Positions 1 to 9,000 of a DNA stretch of 35,931 bases are shown piece after piece (position 1 is the first letter of the stretch; the number at the start of each line of letters is the position of its first letter). The DNA is from a virus. Its lineage: Duplodnaviria > Caudoviricetes. The stretch is taken from the IMG/VR virus record IMGVR_UViG_3300016466_000278, positions 1 to 35,931 of that record. One strand, 5' to 3'. Under the pieces are notes generated by a model. The model did not search any database. It saw only the letters and a program-made list of their open reading frames with translations, and had not been told where the DNA came from. Position numbers and translations under genes: made by a program.

Positions 1-3000
1 GGTCCGACAACAGCCGGTGGTTGCGTTCTTGGAGCCCTTGGAGCCCTTGGAGGCTTAGGCGGAGCGTTAGCTTTGAGAAAGTCGGAAATGGCCGTTACCT
101 CTTCGTCAGCGCTACGAATGTCAGGCTTCGGTAGCTTGTAACGATAGCCAAGACCAAGCACCCCAGCGCCTGCGACTCCCAGTCCAAGGCGCTGAAGCGC
201 CTCATACATTGCGACATTTGTCTTCGCTTTCTCAACGCGCCTTAAAGCTTCAATGCTTTCGTTTCCTTTCTCGACATCCTCTTGCGCTTTTCGCAATTCT
301 TCCTTTGCATCCTCCACAAAGGGCGTCACCAGAGCGGCATCAAACAGACCGGCGCCGATGACCTTTACATCAAATGGGCGAAGAACGGATGACCCAACGC
401 CGTCCATTTTTTCCGTTGTCTTAGGAGTATACAACGAACCAACAGGAGCCTTTTTGGGGTTTACCTTCCATCCGGACGAACCGTAAACAAATGGCAGTTT
501 TTCTTCGGGAGCGCCGCCCTGCCGATAAAACTGATTCATGTTAACGGCCCGATTGCGTTCTGTGTTAGCCGCGCCACCTTTTTTCAGAAGGCTTTTGACA
601 GGTCCTTTTGTCAGCAGATCGTTGATGTCAGCCTCAATGAGTTTTACAGCTTCCTTCGACTTGCCAACGCCCCTCGCGCGCAAAACGGTTGCTGCAACGC
701 CGCCTACGATCGCCGCGCCACTTGGGCCAAGCTCACGAAGCGCATCCACAAACGGGTTCTGCTCCTGCTGAAATTCGCGATAGGCGCTCCGCGTCTCAAA
801 ATCGATCAAGTCATTTCTTGCCGTTGTAAGAGCATCTGTCTTGTCTTTGACGTAGGCATTAAACGCCGCTTCCGTCCTGTCGCCAGTGGTGCCATCAGCA
901 AACTTTACACGTTTGCCTTTATCATTCGTGTAGTATGATTGCACGCGACCAAGCTTCACCAGCAATTCCTGCTTACCCTTAACATCAAGCTTGTCCCATT
1001 CTTTTAGAGCCGCCTGCAGATCTTCTATCTCCTGTCTGGTTTTGGCGATATCTGCCGTCAGATCATCCTGCCCGCTAGCCTCACCAGCCAGCGCCCCAAC
1101 TGCGCCGCCTGTAGCTCCACCAGCGACCATGCGAGAGATAGTACCGGGAGGACCCTTGACCCCGGGAGGCTTGACCGATCTGCCAGACGCTGTCGCCTGA
1201 ACCGGAGGACCGGCCTTCGCAGCAGATGGAGGCTTAGCACGGCCCATGCCCATACGCATGCGCGCAAGACCAGCAGTACCGAGACCGAGAGCGCCCAGAG
1301 CAACAGCACTCGTCATGCGCTCCTGGTCGTCAATCACGCCATCTTCGTTGAGGTCAGACCCACGGGCATAGCCGTAGGCCGCTCCTCCGACGCCGGCTCC
1401 TGCCTGAGCGAGATTGCCAGCGCCGGGGAAGGCAAAGAGCGGGAAACCTTCGGACATGATCTTTTCGCGCATGGCCGGGGTAATGTCGAGGATGTAGGAC
1501 GAAGCACGTCCTACTGGCAGTTCGACCATCTTTCCAGTAGGTGCCAATCCCTCCAAATATTGTGCCGCTTTGATCGTTTTCCGTGGACGACCTAACTCAG
1601 TCCAGTACGACAGGTCGCCATACAACGCATCTGACACCATTCTAGCGAGTGTGCCGGTGGTAATGCCATACTCACTATGAAGGCTTTCTATGAGTTCGCC
1701 TCGGGAAATCTCCGTTCCGTCCGAGAGCCGAACAATCTGTCTGCTCTGGTCATTAAGGTCTGGATAGTCCTGATCGTACTCAACCCAGCCCTTCCTCACC
1801 TTTCCGCCCAGCTGCTTGCCAATCTTCTCCAGCGCGCCCTTGACGTTTGTTTCGTAATGCTGGGCAGCAAAGTCATTTTTCTGAATGATTTTGCTGGTCT
1901 CAGCGGTCGGGAAGCTGATCGACTGGAAGCCACCACGCGCGGCGCGGTAGATCATCGCGCGGACGGCGACGTTGGTCCATTCGGATGTGGTGAGGAGGGG
2001 GGCGCCAGCCGCAGTTTTTATAAACGAAAGTGCGGCTTCTGCGGCATCCGGGTTTTCAAAGCTCTGAGAGACAACCTTTCCGTTCTCATCAACCATCCAA
2101 TAAAGATCGTTAATTCTTTCTATAGTTAACTTATCACCGTCTTTTATTTGATTTTTTGGTTTACGCGCCTCCTGCGCCATGTCGGACTGCACCTGCCCGA
2201 CAAACACCGTGCGCTGGCCCATATCGTCAACGCGCTCCTCGCCGTGAGCTGTGACCAGTGTGCCCTTTGCCTTGCCGCCAACATGGCTAACTATCGCTTG
2301 ATAGTCAGCGCCGGGAACGCCCTTAGGGATGCCGATGACAGCTTCGAAGAGCGGTACATCTTCGCCAGGCAGGCGGATGTCGCCGGGGCCTCGGACGAGG
2401 CCTCCACCCTCGAACCGCTCGTAATCCCAATAATACTCAATGTTTTCCTTGCTGGCATTGCGAAGCACGCGGGCTCGGTTTTCGTTGACGATAATGCGCG
2501 CCGCCTTGGCGCGAAGTTCAGCAATCGTACCCGTAGCGATCAACTCGCGCTTTTCTGTCAGATCAGCGCCACGATAAAGATTGTAGAGCCGACTTGGCAT
2601 GTCGTAGCGTTTGACGGGGTCGTCCGAAACTTCCGCGTCTATAGGCTTGATGTACATATCAGTGTTAAACTCGCCCTCTCTACTGAGAGTGGCGGTGATT
2701 ATTTTGCCCTTTGAATCTCCGCGAGAGAGCGTCGTAACATTGAGGACGTTGACCAAAGCGCTGTCTGAAAGCTCGTCCAGCATGACGGCCTTGGTCGGGC
2801 GCTTCGCATTCGGGTCAAACCGCGCGAAGTTCTCCACCAGCGACAGACGCTTTGCGGCGATGTGCTCCATCACCGCGTCTTTCAACTCTGCGCCTTTGAG
2901 GACGTAGCTTCTGCTAGTATCGCCAAACATGGCGTCAAGGCCAAGGTATTCGATCTCCGTCTTGCGCGGAGTAATGCCTTCCCTGCCCTTTGCCAGCGCG

Positions 3001-6000
3001 CTGCGCGCGGCTTGCCAGCCCATGTTCCAGATATTGTCGGGGATCAGCTTGGCTGTTTCCTGAACCGCGCTGTAGAACCCCATCGCGTCTAGGTCGCGGC
3101 GGGTTTCAGCTTTTATTTGACGGCCCGTCCCCTGCCTGATGGCGGCGTCATCAGCCCCGGGGAAGGCTGAGAGGATATTGTTGCTTCTTGCCTGAGTTTG
3201 TGCGGGCGATACTTCGGAACTCAATATTGCCCCACTAGAAATTCTATCCGCGATCTCCTTTTGTGAAGCAGCCTGCACAGCAACAGCTTCTTCATAAGAT
3301 GAAGCTACAACACCATCTGTTGCTTTTGGTCTGCCATTGTAGGCAGGATCCCAGACCATGAAGACAACATCCGGCTGTCCGTTGTTGAACTCCGAAAACA
3401 AGCTTTTATCCCAACCCGATGGCGCGAACTCGTCGTTCCAGCGCAAACGGCTTTCAATGCGGAAACCGTGCCGGGAATAAATTTGCGGAAGAACGGTATC
3501 GAACGCATCAAGACGGCGACCGCCCATCTGTACTGCCAGCGGGATCAACGAATCCATACGTCCTCGCCGACCTTTCGGGTCGCTCCATGCGGAAACGATG
3601 TCGTCGCCTTTCAGCGCAAAGCCTGCCTTTCCATCTGCAGCCACAAACAGACGCATGCTCGCGTACTCTTCAGGACTGTAGATGTGTACAGCTGCGCCAT
3701 ACGGCGATTTCGATGTGGCTTCCTGCATACGCTTCGCGTACGCCGCGCCAGCTTGAGGATTCGCCGGAAGTTCATGAACATCCGGCATTTCAATCTGGTT
3801 TTTAGCATAGGCGCGTTGGTAGTCGCGATCCGGCGTATAGGTTGCGACAGCGCGCTGACCTAGAACCCGAACAGGCGCGCTATCTCTTCCGCTTTCTTGC
3901 GTGTAAGCCCGGGGTGATCCTCCATCGCTTGTGATATTGGATCGAGTGGTCCGAACTCGTTCCTCGCGGGCGTCACGGGCTCTCCGGTCGGCAAGGTCGT
4001 CGAGGCGCGAGGCAGCGCGTCCAAGCCGCCGGTCATAATCTCTTTGGCTAAAGCCTGAGCCAGTCGCATCTTGCGGCCCTGAGCGTACTCCGAGGAAACT
4101 TGGAGCATTTCCTTGAATTGCGCCAGGATTTCCGGCGAGATCTGCGATTTGTCGTCCATAGCCTGCCTCCTCAAGAACAGCACGAAGCGCTGGGCTTTCA
4201 CTCAACAGTATAGCAAAATCTGGCGTTCCGCCAATCTGGGCGTCAGTTAAGGCCTTCTCACGGATTAGCTGGAATGCGGACCTACTTTCTCCTGCCGCCT
4301 GTCGGGCTTCAAACAGCGTTTTGGCCCATGACCAGATGGTTTCCTGAACCTCTCGCGGCGACCATGCCTCCCCAGTTTTTTTGGTGAGATACTCGGCAAC
4401 CTCACGGGTATAGGCGTTTCCTGCCAGATAGCCGGGGGAGTATCCTGGCTGAGACTTGCCGCCACCACGAGCAAAGAGTTCTTGGTCGAAGTTGAAGTAG
4501 TTCGCCATCCACGCATCAAGCGTGGTTGCGTACTCTGTATCGTCCATTACAGCGTTAGCGCCGCGCTGCGCTAGCTCACTCGACGGACCAGCAACGCCCG
4601 GAACCTCTCTTGCACGCAAGTTGCGCCTAAAGCTGTCAACCTTTGGTCCAGACAGCAAAGCTTCAATTGGGTTTTCTGCGGTAACTGCCCGCACAGTGTT
4701 GTTGCGCCATGCGTCAAGGACGGAGCCCTCTCCCTTTCCGCCTTGAACGCTCTGACCCAGAATCTCAAGCACGCGAGCTTCATCGGTAGGGCGACCAGCC
4801 TTTGTCCAGTTTGTCCAGAAACTCACCGCATTGGTCAGGTTGCTTTCCACAGAGGTCTGCGGAGACATCGCGGCCAAGACGGCAGCAAATCTCGGCGCAT
4901 CAACTCCGAAAATCGCTTCCAGTGCTTTTTGCGAACGCAGATACCAACCTTTTTTCGCCGCTCCCGCAATAGCTACGGCGGCACCTTCCTCAATTGGAGA
5001 AATGTTGCGGAGGTCATTTAAGATTGCCATCACCTGGGGCGCTGTTTTTGCAGAGAGCGAGTCCAGCTCTTCATCGGTCAGTCGCTTACCCACTTCGCCG
5101 AAACCTTCAATATTTTGAGCAAAGTGATTTCGAGGCGACGCCACAGTCTTGAAGAATGACTCGACATCCCGCCTAGATGCACGTGTGCTTGCTGGGAACA
5201 CAGCTTGGAATGTCGCGCGCTCTTCTGGGGTAAGCAAAACACCCGACGACCGAAGCGCCTGCAGCATGTTCGCGCCAGTTTCTTGCTTTGGCAGCGACTC
5301 CAAGATCGTCAGCGCCTTCTCGCCAGCCGACATTCGTATTGATGCTGCCAGCTTATTTGTTTCAGCTTTTATTTGACGGCCCGTCTCTCCGCGTCCACCC
5401 ACGCCCATCGTCGCCGGACCCGTCGGGGGACCACGACGGGCAGCTTTAGGCATAAGCCTGCCGGCCACAGCGCCGCCAACGCCACCGGTGATCATGTTTC
5501 CGATGACAAAGGCTGCACGGTCATTGTCGTCGATCACGCCATCTCCGTCCGTATCGTAAGGAGCGACAACGCCTGCGGCTCCTACAGTAAGGGCTCCTGT
5601 AGCTGCCGGATTAGCTCCCATCCCAGCGAGGATATTGCGGCTTCCTGCTTCTGCCGGGTCGAAGGCGGCGTTGACGGAGCGGATGTTGGCGGGGTTGAAG
5701 ACAGCGCGGATTGTGGACGGCTTGCCCTTGCCATCGTAAGTGTCGATCACGTTGCGGATGATTACGCCGTCATGGCCTTCTGCTCGCGCTTGATCGATGT
5801 AATCGCGAATTGCAAAGCCTGATCCGTCCTTTTCGCGTCCACGGAACGGACGACCATTCCACTGAATGACCTTCGGGTTTTGCATCCGCAGATAAACTGG
5901 TATCGTCTCGGCAGTCGCGTTCTGATAGTCAAACGCACGCCTGTCGTCCGCATACGTCGAAGCTGTTTTTCTGTCTTCGGCGAAGAAATATACACGCTCA

Positions 6001-9000
6001 GGATCGGTCTGACCAAACTTTTCCTTCGGCGTCTTAAAGCCATCGGTCCACACGCCGCGACTATCGGGCGTCCCATGATACAGCACCGTATCCGTATCAA
6101 ACCCCATCGCCCTTGCGCGTTCCATCCGCGCGCCCTGCGACATATCCAAGCCCTTCTCGCGTGCGCGTACCCACTCCTGCGCTTCACCGATGTCCTGCCC
6201 GGCGTAGCCTTGGGCCTCTGCCTGACGGATGATGTCGTCAGAAGAGGCACGAGATCCACCTCCGAGCCCCATGGCATTGACGCCGCGTCCCGGAGGCATC
6301 CTGCGAGGAGGAGGCCCTCCACGGCGAAGCATACGTCCAGCAGCAGCCCCGCCAACGGCGCCAACGCCTGCGCCAATCAGGGCTCCCGCAGCAGGATCAT
6401 CCGGGTTCATCGCAGCGCCCGTAAGAGCCCCTACGCCTGCACCCCCGATGAATGCGGGAGAGCGCGATGTGGGGTCATCAAAATCACCACGTCTGGCAGC
6501 AAGCCACTCCTGATATATGTCCCACTCTTCGCGAGCGCCTATCCGATAGCTGGGGTTGCCGCCGAACTCTTCGTTAATCAGCCGCATCAGGCTGTTAGCG
6601 TCTTCAGGATCAACATCAAAGCCCTGATTGTAAGCCCTACGAGTAAGCTCATCGATGGCTGTTCCAGACTTGTTGTTGAGAAGTCCCGGCATGCCATTGG
6701 CTCGACCCATGATGGAACGCAGATCGCCCCTCATGAAGTTCGTATCTTTGATGCCGCCCTGGCTTCTGATCCAAGCGACAAGGGATTGCGGCTTTTTCGG
6801 TACAGGCCCGTCCCACGGACCTACCTGCTCTGATACCGGAACACGAGAGGGCGAAGGATCAGCCTGACCGGCTGTTGCGGGGCCAGTGTCCGGGAAGGGC
6901 GGATCAGACTGAACAGCGGCAGGTGCAGGACCGCGAGGAAGGTCATCCACAGGACCAGCAGACGCAGGCCCTGCAGCAGGACCACGACCACTGGCAGGGG
7001 GAGGACCGCCCTGAGGAGCAGCAGGAGGCGGACCTCCCCTGCGACCACGGGGAGGACGTGTGCGACCAGGAGGGAAGATCCGGGCGAGGTTCGCATCCGT
7101 TGCGCCGCCAAGGAGCATTTCACCCATGAGGTCACGTTGCGCCTGAGAATAGGCTCCGGACTTGCTGAGATAAGCAAGCCCCGCCTCCAATGGGTTGCGA
7201 ACGGTGTTGACGGCCTGAGCAATCATCGGGCCTACGCCGGCAGGCTCTGAGAGCATCGCGCGCGAAGTCACCGATCCCACATTGGGATCCATCTGGCGCG
7301 CATTGCGCATCAGGGCTTCCTCAGCCTTGAAGCGCGCCTGCATTGCATCAGCCGCTTCCTGGCCGAATACGCGGGCCAGCTTCTGGCGCGTCCCCGGCCC
7401 CGTCAGGGCCTGAAGGGCGCCGCGACCGGTCTCCACCTTCCCGATCATGGCGCGGATGACGCCGGCCTGTGTCGCCGTCAGAGCGGCGCCGGTGGTCTCC
7501 TCAATGATCCTGCCTATGTCCTCGACAGAGAAGCGGCCCTGCAGCAGACGCTGGCCTTCTGAGAAAGCCTGACGCATGCGTGGCGCTTCACCACCCAGAC
7601 GACGCGCTTCTGGATAGCCAGGAACAAGCCTGTCCATTTCTTCAAGCAGAGCGACCCGCGCGCTTTCGAGGTCATACGGAACCCTTTCATTGCGCCCAAT
7701 GGCCCTTTGTTCCGCGTCATCAAGGCTGCGTTTCACAATATCGACGAACTCAAAGTCGCCGACTTGACGCCCCTCTGAGATAGCAATCGTATCGCGATAT
7801 CTTTGTGCAGCCTGAACGTGCGGCCTCATTATATCCTGATCAAGGAGTTCCATGAGACGACCGCTATCAAGGCTGCCCAGCGGATATTGGGCGCGGAGCG
7901 CCTGATAAGCCGGTGACGCCTCGGCCTGAGCAGCAGCAATCAGCTCATCCACATCGCCCGTAATCGTTCCAGGATTGAGACCTCTATTGACGCCACGTAT
8001 AGCGTCTTCAATTCCAGCCTGCGTGCGGCCCATGCTTGTTTCAGCAAGCTCAGCAGCACGCGCCGCCGCCACTTCACCCGTCGTGCCCGGAAGACGGGTC
8101 AGGCCGACAGCTGTTCCAAGTCCTTGCTGCGTAAGATCTGCTATGGTTGCGGGCTCGTTGCCAAAAGCCGCGCGCATAGCCGCCTGCACAGCTGCTGGAG
8201 ACGTCAGTCCAGCCTCCTCGAGCTGCCGTCTTACAAGAGCGCTGGAAACACGTTGGTCAAAACGGCTTGCGTTTGCAGCGCCACCTGCTGCGCGCTGTAT
8301 GGTGCGTCCAAGTCTTCCCCCTGCGTTTCCGAGCGCACGTGGCAACAAAGCGCCCGCGACGACGCCTCCAGCCGTACCAAGCGGGTTGTTGCTCCCATCG
8401 TCGCCAGCAGACGCCGCAGCTGACGGAGACGCCACCATGCCCCCTACAGCACCACCTATAAAGCGATCTGCATTGCGAACGATCAGATTGCCACGAGGCG
8501 GAAGAACCTCTCCAGATCGGGAAAACGGAGCAGGACCAGCAGGAGCGGCAGCCTGAGGAGGCGGTTCCGGAGCAGGTGCAGGTTCAGGAGCCGGACCAGC
8601 ATCATCGGCCTGTTGCGTTCCAGCCCGGATGGGAGGCTCCGTGTTGCCGCTACGGATCGCAGCAACGATTTCCTCGTTGGTCATGCCAGCCTGTTGCAGG
8701 CGCTGCACGACCGACTGCTTTTCTCCATCCGGCAGGCTATTAAAGAGTTCCTGAGGAGACACAGGTGGCGTCATCCTATCAATAGTCTCAATCGCAGCCT
8801 GTTTCTGAGCGTCTGTCGCATTCTCCGCTAAAAGAATCTGACGCGCTTGTTTAAGCTGGATAGACTGAGGCGTGATGCTAGCGCCCAGCGTCCGAATGCC
8901 AATGCTGGACCGATATATCGCAGACAACGCAGGCCCCAGCGCCCATGTGAGCGGATCAGCAGCCAGCTGTCCGGCCATTTCTACGCGCTGTCCCTCAGGC

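Larger units (their letters stand above)
3103..5385. repeat. 27-bp exact direct repeat GTTTCAGCTTTTATTTGACGGCCCGTC at 3103-3129 and 5359-5385
   Basis: Read directly from the sequence. Both copies encode TGRQIKAET in the giant ORF and lie 2256 bp (752 codons) apart, so the frame is preserved. Confidence 0.95.

Noticed and set aside
28-54. 9-bp tandem repeat CTTGGAGCC x3 (last copy imperfect)
   Set aside because: It is a simple in-frame Pro-Arg-Ala low-complexity stretch of the giant protein.
2101-2160. AT-rich patch as a second internal promoter
   Set aside because: I found no well-spaced -35/-10 pair followed by an RBS-led ORF on either strand; it is treated as a variable coding insert.
5762-6376. 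204-aa alternate-frame minus-strand ORF over the ART domain, as a second nested gene
   Set aside because: I saw no clear promoter or SD, the sequence is Arg-rich and frameshift-like, and the host frame carries the conserved motifs here.
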